Under the pieces are notes generated by a model. It did no database searches. It had not been told where the DNA came from and saw nothing but the letters and a program-made list of their open reading frames with translations. 64,000 nt of DNA from an uncultured Anaerolineaceae bacterium (lineage in GTDB: Bacteria; Chloroflexota; Anaerolineae; Anaerolineales; Anaerolineaceae), in the NCBI GenBank assembly GCA_964435475.1, contig CAYSZB010000003.1, positions 4,220 to 68,219 on the forward strand, read 5' to 3'. Positions 45,859-55,826 of the stretch are shown here, piece by piece. The translations under genes were made by a program, and so were the position numbers. Within the stretch, counting starts at the first letter, position 1; each line of letters starts with the position of its first letter.

Positions 45859-46596
45859 TTGAGAGTAATTGATTTGAAGATCATCATTGTCATTCCAACC
45901 TACAACGAAGCTGAAAACCTGCCGATACTGGTCGAGCGCATATTTGCCAACCAGGTGGATGAGCTCTCGATCCTGGTGGTGGACGACAACAGCCCGGATG
46001 GGTGCGGGCGGGTGGCAGATGCACTGCATGAGCAGCATGGTGAGCGGCTCATGGTCGTTCACCGCGAAAAGAAAGAGGGACTGGGGCGGGCTTACGTGCA
46101 GGGGTTTGACACTGCGCTGTCCCTGGGGGCGGATGTCATAGGCATGATGGACGCGGATCTTTCGCATCCCCCTGAAAAATTGCCGGAGATGATCCGGGCG
46201 CTGGAGCATGCTGACCTGGTGATCGGTTCGCGTTATGTCAAGGGGGGCAGCCTGGACCAGGATTGGCCGTTCTGGCGAAAGGGATTATCGGGATTTGCCA
46301 ATTTCTACACACGGACCATCCTCGGTTTGCCGATCAAGGATACAACTGGTGCGTACAGGTTGTGGAAAAAAGCTGCGTTGGAAAAGATCAAGTTCGCTGA
46401 TACCCGTTCCAGTGGTTACGTATTCATCGTTGAACTGGCATACCTGGCAAAACTGGCGGGATGCCGGTTTGTGGAAGTGCCGATCCATTTTAAGGAACGC
46501 GAACATGGGGTGTCGAAGATGTCCTTTAAAGTCCAGCTGGAAGCAGCTCTGCGGGTCTGGCAATTGAAACGGGTCTACCGGAAGGTCAAGCTTTAA
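45859..46596 (+). CDS. GT2 polyprenol-phosphate mannosyltransferase (Dpm1/Ppm1-like)
   Basis: IIIVIPTYNEAENLP...ILVVDDNSPDG...MDADLSHPP is present. The start is a TTG at 45859 or 45874, and I cannot decide between them. Confidence 0.8.
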   Translation: MRVIDLKIIIVIPTYNEAENLPILVERIFANQVDELSILVVDDNSPDGCGRVADALHEQHGERLMVVHREKKEGLGRAYVQGFDTALSLGADVIGMMDADLSHPPEKLPEMIRALEHADLVIGSRYVKGGSLDQDWPFWRKGLSGFANFYTRTILGLPIKDTTGAYRLWKKAALEKIKFADTRSSGYVFIVELAYLAKLAGCRFVEVPIHFKEREHGVSKMSFKVQLEAALRVWQLKRVYRKVKL

Positions 46597-46599
46597 GGT

Positions 46600-47925
46600 T
46601 CAGGAAGGGTAGTCAGCCACTTTTTTGTTAAGATCCTTGTGCATCAGGCGGGAAAGGCGTTTTTCAACCTCTTTTTGAATTAACTGTTTGTCAAGGGTAA
46701 GATGTTTGCCATGCTGGTAGAGCAGCCTGCCATTGCAGATAACCGTGTCGACATCAGCAGCACCCAGGTTGTAGACCAGTGTGGCAGCGGGGTTAAGGTC
46801 GGGAAAACTGGCGGTGCGGTCCTTTTTCAACAAAACAATGTCTGCCAGGCAGCCTTCCCTGAGGTTGCCCAGTAAGGGTTGACGGAGCACCCTGGCACCT
46901 CCCTGGAATGCCAGGTCGAGAATGCCATCCAGGTTCATGACGGTTGCATCCCGGTGGAGATGTTTTTGGGTCAGGGCGGTCAGGCGCATCTGTTCAAAGA
47001 GGTCCAGGTTGCTGCTGCTGGTTGCGCCATCCGTTGCCAGGCCGACCGGGATGCCCAGCCTGGTGTATTCCGGTAGGTTCGCCAGGCCCATAGCCATAGC
47101 CAGGTAGGTTTTGGGTGCCTGGGCGACGCCAACGGGATGGTTGGCTATGATCCCCAGGTCTTCAGGCGTCGGGTAAAGACAATGACCGAATATGCAGGGT
47201 TGATCAAGGATACCGGCGTCCAACAGGACCTGGACTGGTGACTTGCCATAGCGATCGTATGAAAGCGTGACCTGCTCACGGGTTTCGGAAACATGCAGGT
47301 GGGTGCCGATTTCCATGCGGGATGCCTCTTGTGCACAGCGCTGCAAAAACTGAGGGTCACACAGGTAGGGCGAATGTGGACCCAGCCAGGTGGTGATGCG
47401 TCCGTCTGCCTTGCCCTGCCAGCGGTCTACGAAATCCAGGGTTTCTTCCAATTTCTGATAACCCTGGTGGCCGAAAACCGCCCAAACCAGGTTGGCACGC
47501 AGCCCGGACTGATCAATCGCCTGGGCGACATGATCCATGAAAAAGTAATGATCTGCCACGCAGGTGATGCCGGCTTCGATCATCTCGACTATGCCAAGCA
47601 TGGCACCCCAATAGACATCCTCCGGGGTCAGGTTGGCTTCGAGGGGAAAGATCACCTTGTTGAACCAGTCGTCTGCGTTAAGATCCGGTCCGGCATTCCT
47701 GAACAGGACCATCGGCACATGGGCGTGGGTGTTGATCATACCTGGAATGGACAACATGCCCCTGGCATCGAGGAACTGGACAGAGTTATCGGTTGCTGGA
47801 TCCGCTGGGCCAACACGGCTGATCAGGTTGCCCTCAACCAGGATGTCCTGGTTTTCAAGAAATGCCGGAATACTGCCATCGAAGGTCAAAACATCACAAC
47901 CATGCAGCAAGATCTTGTTACTCAT
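46600..47925 (-). CDS. mtaD: amidohydrolase, 5-methylthioadenosine/S-adenosylhomocysteine deaminase-like
   Basis: 441 aa. PGMINTHAHVPM, HVSET and GLATDGATSSS are present. Confidence 0.75.
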   Translation of the reverse strand: MSNKILLHGCDVLTFDGSIPAFLENQDILVEGNLISRVGPADPATDNSVQFLDARGMLSIPGMINTHAHVPMVLFRNAGPDLNADDWFNKVIFPLEANLTPEDVYWGAMLGIVEMIEAGITCVADHYFFMDHVAQAIDQSGLRANLVWAVFGHQGYQKLEETLDFVDRWQGKADGRITTWLGPHSPYLCDPQFLQRCAQEASRMEIGTHLHVSETREQVTLSYDRYGKSPVQVLLDAGILDQPCIFGHCLYPTPEDLGIIANHPVGVAQAPKTYLAMAMGLANLPEYTRLGIPVGLATDGATSSSNLDLFEQMRLTALTQKHLHRDATVMNLDGILDLAFQGGARVLRQPLLGNLREGCLADIVLLKKDRTASFPDLNPAATLVYNLGAADVDTVICNGRLLYQHGKHLTLDKQLIQKEVEKRLSRLMHKDLNKKVADYPS

Positions 47926-47964
47926 CGGTTCGGGTCCTTTATTTATAGTGTTATGACTTAAATT

Positions 47965-48801
47965 TTAGGCTTTCTGATCATAGGCCCGGGATAATTTCTC
48001 CCATTCACTTATGGAAAGAGTCTCTGCGCGCCGTTGGGGGTCAATGCCGGAAATTTCCAGTAAATGGGCAGCTTTATCAGCTGAAATTGACAGACCTGCT
48101 GAAAGTGAGTTGCGCAAGGTTTTTCTTTTTTGGGCAAAACCGGCATGAGCCAGGACGAAAAATGTGTCCAGCAGACGCGGGGGGATGGCAGGGTCAGGGT
48201 AGAGATCTATCTTGATCACACTTGATTCAACATCCGGGACGGGGTAGAAACAACCGGCAGGGATCCTGGAGGCGATTGAGGGTTTGCCATATATATGAAC
48301 TGAAAGCGATAAAAGGCTCATTTTTGCATCCCTGGCACAGATACGTTCGGCAACCTCCCGCTGGATGGTGAGAACCATGCGATCCGGCCTGGGGTGAGAG
48401 CCAAGCAGATGGCGGAGAACAGCCGATGTGATGTAGTACGGGATGTTGGCAACGACGATGTAGTTTTCGGTTGTGATCAATTTGGATATGTCCAGCTTAA
48501 GAATGTCACCCTGGATGACTTTTACATTGGAAAAAGGTGTTAACACCTCTTTCAGGACGGGGATGAGCTGGTCGTCAATTTCAACAGCAGTCACCTGCCT
48601 GGCTGTGACTGCGAGAAGGCGTGTCAGGCTGCCCAGTCCGGGGCCGATCTCCAGGACTTCATCGCCCGGCTCGATCTCTGCTGCTTCGATCACCCTTTGC
48701 AGGGCGTGGGTATCCACCAGAAAATTTTGCCCCAACTGCTTTTTGGGGTGGAGGTTGTGGTCTTTCAGGATGCGGGTGATATTGAGTGGTGCAAGGTTCA
48801 T
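47965..48801 (-). CDS. rsmA: 16S rRNA (adenine1518/1519-N6)-dimethyltransferase
   Basis: KKQLGQNFLVD and VLEIGPGLGSLT are present. The start MNLAPLNITR at 48801 forms an ATGA overlap with the upstream stop. The 385-aa track ORF is an artefactual extension. Confidence 0.9.
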   Translation of the reverse strand: MNLAPLNITRILKDHNLHPKKQLGQNFLVDTHALQRVIEAAEIEPGDEVLEIGPGLGSLTRLLAVTARQVTAVEIDDQLIPVLKEVLTPFSNVKVIQGDILKLDISKLITTENYIVVANIPYYITSAVLRHLLGSHPRPDRMVLTIQREVAERICARDAKMSLLSLSVHIYGKPSIASRIPAGCFYPVPDVESSVIKIDLYPDPAIPPRLLDTFFVLAHAGFAQKRKTLRNSLSAGLSISADKAAHLLEISGIDPQRRAETLSISEWEKLSRAYDQKA

Positions 48802-50204
48802 GGCAGGAGGTATGGGATGTAAGCTGGAACAGGGGTAAGAAAGTACATGGTGGTCCAAAAATGCCATGACTCGTAGTCTTCTTCGCCAAAACCGAGGTCG
48901 ATCCAATTTCTGCCGGGAATGCCCCCACCGGTGTCTGCTATGCTCCCATAGCCATATCCCGGGATGTAAACAGATTGAAACTTCATAGCACGATACCAGG
49001 AGGGGAGAACAGCGACGATGCCTTTTTGCAGGACCACCCCTGAAGCGGTTGCAGTTGTGCAATAAGAATACCCCTGCTTGCAGGGTGAATATGATGTGGC
49101 ATACACTGTGATCTTGCGCCAATATTCGAGGGTTTGTCCATCCACCACTTCAGTACGAGTGACAACCTGTGTGCCATAGCCCAGGATTCCTTCGCGGGGA
49201 TCGCTGGCTTTCCAGGAGGGGTCACTTTGGCGGTTGACTTCAACGCCATTGGCATATTGAATGCGGGAGCGCGTTATTGCCAGACCAACCTGGCCCGGCT
49301 GGATGACAGAACCCTGGTCGAGTTCTGTGTTAGGGTCAGGTTGATAGGAATTGGTGTAAGGCGTTTCCACTTTCACTATGGAAAGAGTTTCCTGTACACG
49401 GGTCAACTGGATCTGCCTGTTGGCGGGCAAAGGTGAATTCTCTGGTGGGTTGGCATAGTCCAATCCCTGTAAGGAAATTCCCAGGTCTTTAAGCGCCTCT
49501 CCAACAGTCAAGGCTGAAGACAAGCCCGAAAAAGTCTGATCATTCATGATCACTGCAACTTCCCTGGCTTTGAGGATGGTTATCCCGGTCGGTGAGGATA
49601 ATGCAGTATCCAGGTCAATGGAAACAGTGTCTTTGGGGTGAATAACAATGCCAGATTCTGCCAAAGCCATCCCCACAGTGGGTTGGGATGAATAAAGCGT
49701 CCATTGATTGCCATCAATCGAGACTGATAAGGGCAGGGCTTGTTGAAATTGCAGAACGAGCGTGTCTTTTGGATCAATCGGTAGGTTTGGATCGATCTCA
49801 GCGCCATTGATCAAGACCCTATCGTGGGGAAAAACAATGAAGCCTGCTTTTGCCAGGATATTGGCCGGGATGCGATCAACGGTATTTACCTGTGGCGATC
49901 CATCCCTGGTCACCAGGGTGTAATCATAGGCACGGGTCACCTGGATAAGGGGTGGATTGTAAAACAGCTTTCCCAAAGGCGGGTTGACCTGGTCGCCATT
50001 GCTGAGCTTGATCCCTGCCTGTCTTAATGCACCCTGGGTGCGGAGCGCGAATGTCTGCCTGGTGATCAACTGATCATCGACTGCGATCTGGACCGTATGC
50101 CTGAGCGATAAAGTGAGCAAAAGCAGTCCAAGCAGGATCATTCCCCCCATGACGATCCACATGTAATTTTTCTTCAAAACAGAATTGGGTCCTGGTTGCA
50201 TCAT
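48798..50204 (-). CDS. YabE/RpfB-like protein (TM anchor, DUF348 repeats, G5 domain, C-terminal 3D/DPBB domain)
   Basis: 468 aa with an N-terminal TM helix. A G5-like segment is VETPYTNSYQPDP...PGQVG. The 3D-domain end is ATSYSPC...TASG...GYGYGSIADTGGGI. Confidence 0.75.
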   Translation of the reverse strand: MMQPGPNSVLKKNYMWIVMGGMILLGLLLLTLSLRHTVQIAVDDQLITRQTFALRTQGALRQAGIKLSNGDQVNPPLGKLFYNPPLIQVTRAYDYTLVTRDGSPQVNTVDRIPANILAKAGFIVFPHDRVLINGAEIDPNLPIDPKDTLVLQFQQALPLSVSIDGNQWTLYSSQPTVGMALAESGIVIHPKDTVSIDLDTALSSPTGITILKAREVAVIMNDQTFSGLSSALTVGEALKDLGISLQGLDYANPPENSPLPANRQIQLTRVQETLSIVKVETPYTNSYQPDPNTELDQGSVIQPGQVGLAITRSRIQYANGVEVNRQSDPSWKASDPREGILGYGTQVVTRTEVVDGQTLEYWRKITVYATSYSPCKQGYSYCTTATASGVVLQKGIVAVLPSWYRAMKFQSVYIPGYGYGSIADTGGGIPGRNWIDLGFGEEDYESWHFWTTMYFLTPVPAYIPYLLP

Positions 50205-50240
50205 TTGCAGTATATCATAAGCAATAAACCGGCATTTCCA

Positions 50241-53200
50241 CTACCTGGCGGTTGCCAGTTCGATCTTCTGCAGGACTTCCGGGAGGAATTTCTGCCAGGA
50301 TTCATCCTTCAGATTACTTAATGCTATCCAATAGGCGTTTTTTCCTGGTCTGACCAGCGGGTCAACCATGGGCAGGTTGCGCTGTTTGATGTTTTCAGGA
50401 AGCTGGGGATAGCGCAGGATGATCTGTCCATTTTCAAAGGTGATGGATGACAAGCCGACCTTATAAGCCTTGAGTTTGATGCGCATTTGTAGCAAAAGGT
50501 TTTCAACCTGGTCAGGCAGAGCCCCAAAACGATCTGAAAATTCAATTGCCGTGGCAGTGATCTCTTCTTCACTGCGCAAATTAGCGATGCGGCGGTATAA
50601 ATTCAGCCTGAGCTCCTGGTCGGGGATGTACTCCGGGGGAATGCCGATTGAAAGGGGTAATTCCACGTTAATTGGGATACTGGGAATATCATGGCTGGGC
50701 AGAGCGATCTCAGGCACTTCCTCTCCCAATGCCCGGCGGAATAAATGGATGGATTCGGAGAGCAATTTCGTGTAAAGATGAAAACCGACTGATGCAATAT
50801 AGCCGGATTGGCGTGTGCCCAGCATCTCTCCAGCCCCTCGCATTTCCAGATCACGCATGGCTATGCTGTAGCCAGCTCCCAACTGGGTGTTATCTGCCAA
50901 GATTTCCATTCTTTCCTGTCCTTCGGGTGTGGGTGGGCGCCGTTTATGGCGGAAAAGGTAGGCATAAGCCCGCTGTGCTCCACGACCGACCCTGCCACGC
51001 AACTGGTAAAGTTGAGCCAGGCCAAAGGTGTCTGCACGGTCGATGATCAGGGTGTTGGCATTGGGTATATCCAATCCAGATTCGATGATCGAGGTACAGA
51101 GAAGAATATCCATTTCACCATTGGTAAACTGGTGCATGACATCCGCCAGTTCATCTTCAGGCATTTGACCATGACCGATGCCAATCTTTGCCTCAGGCAC
51201 CAACCTTGAAAGGTGGGTATACATGGCGGGGATGGTCTGGACCCGGTTATGAACAAAAAATACCTGGCCGCCCCGTTCCAGTTCGCGGATGATCGCTTCA
51301 CGAACGATCTTTGGGTCATAAGGACCAATATGGGTGACAATTGGTAAACGTTCCTCTGGTGGTGTGTTGATGGTGGAAATGTCCCTGGCACCGGTCAATG
51401 CCATATAGAGAGTACGGGGAATGGGTGTGGCAGTCAAGGTCAAGACGTCAACTGAAGCCCTTAATTTTTTCAGGTATTCCTTGTGGGTAACACCAAAGCG
51501 CTGCTCTTCATCGATGATGACCAGACCCAGGTCTTTGAAAGCCACGTCGCGGGATATCAAGCGATGGGTTCCAATGATTATGTCAACGTCGCCCCCGGCG
51601 AGGTCTTTGATGATCGCGCTTTGCTCTTTGGCACTGCGGAAACGTGACAGCATTTCGACCTTGACCGGGAAAACAGCCAACCTTTCGCGGAACGTGTCAT
51701 AATGCTGCTGCGCCAGGACGGTGGTGGGGACCAATAATGCCACCTGTTTGCCATCCATGACGGCCTTGAATGCTGCCCTGAGGGTCACTTCGGTCTTGCC
51801 GTACCCCACATCACCGCACAGCAAACGATCCATGGGTTTTTCTGACTCCATGTCATTTTTGACATCGCGGATGGCCTTTACCTGGTCTTCAGTTTCAGTG
51901 TAAGGGAAAGAGGCTTCCAACTCTTTTTGCCATTCATTATCAGGAGAAAAAGCGAAGCCTTTCGAAACTTTGCGCAAGGTGTACAGCTCCAGCAGATCAG
52001 TGGCGACCTCCTGGACAGCATGACGGACGTTCTGCTTGGTGACCGTCCATTCGCTGCCGCCCAGGCGGGTGATATTTGGACTTTCGCCTGAGGGACCGAT
52101 GTAACGGGTAATGCGGTCAGCCTGGTGGATGGGAACAAAGAGCTGATCATTGTCTTTGTATTCAATGCAGAGGAACTCACGCTCCACTTCTCCCATGACC
52201 GGTTTGATCAGACCGACGAATTTCCCAATGCCGTAATCGACGTGGACAACATAATCGCCCGGTTTCAGGTCACCAAAAATAGATTCAGGCGTTTCGGCTG
52301 TTGCCTGGAACTTACGGCGCGGCAAAGGCCGTCCCCAGCCAAATACTTCACTGTCGGTCAGCAGGTGATGTTGTTTGCCGTCAGGGAGTTGAAGGATCCA
52401 GCCGCTGGATAATGTGCCCTCAATAAATTTCTGGTTGAGATCATCTGTCAATCCTGGACCCGCTGTTTCCTTCCATAACTCAACCAGGCGACCCGACTGG
52501 CGGGAAACTACCACCCAGGGTTGATCCTTTTTGTCCAGGTCAGCAAGGTAGTTTGTGAAGTCTTTTAGCCTTCCGGCAAAGCGCGGCCCGGCGTTGAAGT
52601 TGCTTGCCAGGGCTGGCAGGTCTGGAGCATTGGTGTGACCCAGTTCGATCACCTGTAAATTTTGGAAACTATCTTCGATCTCCGACCAGGTCATGTAAGG
52701 CACAGGTTCATCATTCTGCAATTGACCGGAAGAGATCATCTCCGTCCGGCGGTTGATGGCATCTTCTTCAATGTCATTGACTGCAGCGGTAATGAATTCG
52801 CGCCCGTCCAAAAAGATCAATGTCTCCTGGGGCAGGTAATCCAAAGGACTGGCAGGAAAGGAATAAATGCGGGCAAGGTCGGATTCGTTGATCTTGCCTG
52901 ATTCAAGATCCAACTTCGCGGCGTCCGAGGGAAGATATTCCCTGGCAGGATAAACAGTGATCTTTTTCAGCGATTCAACTGTGCGTTGGGTGGCAGGGTT
53001 GAAACTCCTTAATGTGTCAATTTCATTGCCGAAAAACTCGATGCGGATGGGAAGCAGGGCAGAGGGCGGCCAAAAATCCAGGATCCCACCACGTCTTGAG
53101 AACTGACCCACCTGGACAACGATGTTGCTGTATTCGTAACCCATGCCAACCCAACTAGCCAGGAGATCATCCGGTATGATCACCTGACCGATAGATAATA

Positions 53201-53651
53201 ATTTGCAGCTCCTCAGAAAATCCCGACGTGGAATGGTCCTGGTCATGATCGAGCGGATCGGGGCAACGATCATGGGCGGTAAGTATGGCTTTTGGGTGTT
53301 GGGCAGGTGGTAAGCTGAAAGTTCGGTCAAAACCGTCAGCCTTTCCCGCCTTGTGGTGGGCGACCAGTTTAAAGACTCATAAAAAAGCGGATTGGGTTCC
53401 GGGAAGTAGAGGCGGTTGGCATCGGGTGCCCAAAAGCCCAATTCATCGAAAAGGGTGAGAGCCCGATCTGCCCTGTTGGTCAGGAGAAGAACCGGCATCT
53501 TGAGGTCTTCGTAGAGTGCGGATAAAACTGCAAGGCGGGCCGTGCGTGGCAAACCCAGCCCCGGGAAAGTTGTGGCTTTAAATTCTGAAGACTTGAGCGA
53601 CTCCAGCAATTCCTGGTAAGGTACGACGGAGCGTATGTGTTGCAGCATCAA
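50241..53651 (-). CDS. mfd: transcription-repair coupling factor
   Basis: 1136 aa. The helicase motifs are LLCGDVGYGKTEV, IIDEEQRFG, TLTATPIPRT and QLRGRVGR. A CarD-like segment is GDYVVHVDYGIGKF. Confidence 0.95.
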   Translation of the reverse strand: MMLQHIRSVVPYQELLESLKSSEFKATTFPGLGLPRTARLAVLSALYEDLKMPVLLLTNRADRALTLFDELGFWAPDANRLYFPEPNPLFYESLNWSPTTRRERLTVLTELSAYHLPNTQKPYLPPMIVAPIRSIMTRTIPRRDFLRSCKLLSIGQVIIPDDLLASWVGMGYEYSNIVVQVGQFSRRGGILDFWPPSALLPIRIEFFGNEIDTLRSFNPATQRTVESLKKITVYPAREYLPSDAAKLDLESGKINESDLARIYSFPASPLDYLPQETLIFLDGREFITAAVNDIEEDAINRRTEMISSGQLQNDEPVPYMTWSEIEDSFQNLQVIELGHTNAPDLPALASNFNAGPRFAGRLKDFTNYLADLDKKDQPWVVVSRQSGRLVELWKETAGPGLTDDLNQKFIEGTLSSGWILQLPDGKQHHLLTDSEVFGWGRPLPRRKFQATAETPESIFGDLKPGDYVVHVDYGIGKFVGLIKPVMGEVEREFLCIEYKDNDQLFVPIHQADRITRYIGPSGESPNITRLGGSEWTVTKQNVRHAVQEVATDLLELYTLRKVSKGFAFSPDNEWQKELEASFPYTETEDQVKAIRDVKNDMESEKPMDRLLCGDVGYGKTEVTLRAAFKAVMDGKQVALLVPTTVLAQQHYDTFRERLAVFPVKVEMLSRFRSAKEQSAIIKDLAGGDVDIIIGTHRLISRDVAFKDLGLVIIDEEQRFGVTHKEYLKKLRASVDVLTLTATPIPRTLYMALTGARDISTINTPPEERLPIVTHIGPYDPKIVREAIIRELERGGQVFFVHNRVQTIPAMYTHLSRLVPEAKIGIGHGQMPEDELADVMHQFTNGEMDILLCTSIIESGLDIPNANTLIIDRADTFGLAQLYQLRGRVGRGAQRAYAYLFRHKRRPPTPEGQERMEILADNTQLGAGYSIAMRDLEMRGAGEMLGTRQSGYIASVGFHLYTKLLSESIHLFRRALGEEVPEIALPSHDIPSIPINVELPLSIGIPPEYIPDQELRLNLYRRIANLRSEEEITATAIEFSDRFGALPDQVENLLLQMRIKLKAYKVGLSSITFENGQIILRYPQLPENIKQRNLPMVDPLVRPGKNAYWIALSNLKDESWQKFLPEVLQKIELATAR

Positions 53652-54220
53652 CTATCTTTCCCGTAATTTGCATTGAAAAAGGTCATTGCCTTTTCCAAAC
53701 CTTCATTGAGGATCATCAGCAAAGCTTTGCTCGATCGCTCGAGGACGTCTTCAAGTTCATCCTTCTCGGCAGATGAGAAGTCCTGCAATACATAATCGGC
53801 GGGGTCCATCCTGCCTGGTGGACGGCTGATGCCGACCCGCAGCCTGGGAACCTGGCGATCTCCCAGTTCATTGAGAATGGATTTTACCCCCTGCTGTCCG
53901 CCGGTCCCGCCACCTGGTCGGATGCGGATCGTGCCCAGCGGGATGTCGAGGTCATCGTGGATGATGACCAGGTTTTCCAATGGTATTTTGAAAAAGCGTA
54001 CCAACGGTGCCACTGATTTGCCAGATAAATTCATGAAAGTCTGCGGTTTCACCAGGATGATAGACTTTTCTTCATACCTGGTTTCAACGATCAAAGCTTT
54101 GCTCTTTGCTTTCTTTAGCTTCAGGTCCAGCTGTCTTGCCAGGGCATCAATGACCATGAAACCGACATTGTGCCGGTTATGGCGATATCGCAAACCCGGG
54201 TTGCCCAGACCAACGATCAT
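53648..54220 (-). CDS. pth: peptidyl-tRNA hydrolase
   Basis: MIVGLGNPGLRYRHNRHNVGF is present. I chose the ATG at 54220 over the TTG at 54298. It overlaps mfd by 4 nt. Confidence 0.9.
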   Translation of the reverse strand: MIVGLGNPGLRYRHNRHNVGFMVIDALARQLDLKLKKAKSKALIVETRYEEKSIILVKPQTFMNLSGKSVAPLVRFFKIPLENLVIIHDDLDIPLGTIRIRPGGGTGGQQGVKSILNELGDRQVPRLRVGISRPPGRMDPADYVLQDFSSAEKDELEDVLERSSKALLMILNEGLEKAMTFFNANYGKDS

Positions 54221-54427
54221 GAAAGTATTCTGATTAAATCCTTCTTCTACCACGCGAAACCTCGGTAAATTAAAACCTCGTAAAACTCCAATTTGCAATC
54301 TTTAAGTTTAACATGAAAATTTGGATCGAGCAGGAATCAATAATCATCCATCGGGCATGACCTGCCAAGCAAAGGATCAAGCAGAATTGGTATTAAACCT
54401 GGTACTGGATGTAGCCCTGTTTACGGT

Positions 54428-54772
54428 TTAAAGGAAAATAACCAGCAGAACGATCACTGCAATACAGAGAAGGATCAGTGGCAAGGCGATGATCAGGATG
54501 ATCCACCAGGGAAATTTCTTTTTCTTCTCAACAGTCTGTTCCTTTTTGGGGAAAAGATCTTTAAGTTGTGGACTGTCGGAGGTGTCCAGTTTCTCTGATC
54601 CCCAGCGATTGCTCTCATCAGGGATTACTGGCGGAACAGGTGAGCCCCAGCGATCAGACGCAGTTGCCCGTTCAGCAGGTTCGGAAGGCTGCGGTGTTGG
54701 TTTGCTCCACTCTTCTGCAGAGGCCTTCATAAAGTCATCATCCGGTAAATGATCAGGTTGATCGTTGGTCAT
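54428..54772 (-). CDS. tail-anchored hypothetical protein
   Basis: 114 aa. The N-terminal part is acidic and Pro-rich with two xRWGS repeats. There is a single C-terminal TM helix (WWIILIIALPLILLCIAVIVLLVIFL). Confidence 0.45.
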   Translation of the reverse strand: MTNDQPDHLPDDDFMKASAEEWSKPTPQPSEPAERATASDRWGSPVPPVIPDESNRWGSEKLDTSDSPQLKDLFPKKEQTVEKKKKFPWWIILIIALPLILLCIAVIVLLVIFL

Positions 54773-54883
54773 GGTTTTACCTTTCTCTAATTAACGAAAA
54801 TTATACATCCAATCATCCACCAAGACAGGCTTTGGAAATCAGTTAGGCTGTTTTATAATCAATGACAAAGGTATCTCTGGCAT

Positions 54884-55765
54884 ATGAAGTACACCGAAAT
54901 CCAAGTAAAAAGCATTTTGAACAAGGTCACTGGAAATGATGACCTGTTTGGTTTGATGTATAACATGAACCTTTACCGGGGATGCGAGCATCAATGTGTT
55001 TATTGCGATTCGCGTAGTGAATGTTACCAGATCGCTGACTTTAATACTGAAGTACTGGTCAAGATCAATGGTGTCGGTCTTTTGAGGAACACGCTTCCGA
55101 AGAAAAAAGTGATCGGCACGATCGGGTTTGGCTCGATGAACGATCCTTATACATTTGCTGAAGCAAAATATGGTTTGACCGGGCAGGCATTGGAAGTGAT
55201 CGCTGACCAGGGATGGCCGGTTCACATCATCACCAAGAGTGATATGGTACTAAAAGACCTGGTTACACTTAAACGAATTAACCAAAGCAGGGCACAGGTG
55301 AGTTTTACGATCACGACCGTTGATGATGAGCTTGCCAGCAAGATCGAACCAGGCGCACCAGCCCCCAGTCGAAGGTTGAAAGCGATGAAAGTGCTGGCTG
55401 AAAATGGCATTTATACCGGGATTACCATGATGCCGCTATTACCTTTCATATTGGATAACCAGTTAAATATCACCACTTTAGTCGAAGCTGCCCATGCCTT
55501 CAAAGCAGCGTATATTGTGCCTGGTTTTGCAGTGACCCTGCGTGACCGCCAGCGAGACTATTTTTACGCGCAACTTGACAAGACGTTTCCCGGGATCCGC
55601 CAAAAATATGAAGAAAACTTTGCAGATTCATACGTGGCGACAATTAATCGTAAACCTTTTCTTGAGAGCCTTTTCCAGAAACTATGTGCACAATATGGAA
55701 TTGCCACCTGGATTGAGAAGTACCCTCCCAGGCTCAAGGTATCCCAGTTGGGCTTATTTGATTGA
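54884..55765 (+). CDS. radical SAM protein (COG1533 / SplB-like DNA repair photolyase family)
   Basis: 293 aa with CEHQCVYC (CxxxCxxC) near the N-terminus. A TTGGAA-N16-TATAAT candidate promoter lies at 54832-54859. Confidence 0.75.
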   Translation: MKYTEIQVKSILNKVTGNDDLFGLMYNMNLYRGCEHQCVYCDSRSECYQIADFNTEVLVKINGVGLLRNTLPKKKVIGTIGFGSMNDPYTFAEAKYGLTGQALEVIADQGWPVHIITKSDMVLKDLVTLKRINQSRAQVSFTITTVDDELASKIEPGAPAPSRRLKAMKVLAENGIYTGITMMPLLPFILDNQLNITTLVEAAHAFKAAYIVPGFAVTLRDRQRDYFYAQLDKTFPGIRQKYEENFADSYVATINRKPFLESLFQKLCAQYGIATWIEKYPPRLKVSQLGLFD

Positions 55766-55789
55766 CTTAAAATTGAAAAATCATATAAT
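55762..55789 (+). promoter_or_regulatory. near-consensus sigma70 promoter for mscL
   Basis: TTGACT-N16-TATAAT lies 38 nt upstream of the ATG, with a TAAGGAGA SD in between. Confidence 0.5.
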
Positions 55790-55826
55790 TTGGATTGAAG
55801 TTATCAAATAAATCTAAGGAGAAATT

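Noticed and set aside
47293-47961. 222-aa ORF antisense to the mtaD-like gene
   Set aside because: It is an antisense-frame artefact of GC-rich coding sequence. The opposite-strand amidohydrolase has clear family motifs.
47965-49122. 385-aa ORF in the track covering rsmA plus a 107-aa N-terminal extension
   Set aside because: The extension overlaps the 3' end of the YabE-like gene in another frame and has an odd R/H/W-rich composition. The canonical RsmA N-terminus starts at the ATG at 48801, in an ATGA overlap with the upstream stop.
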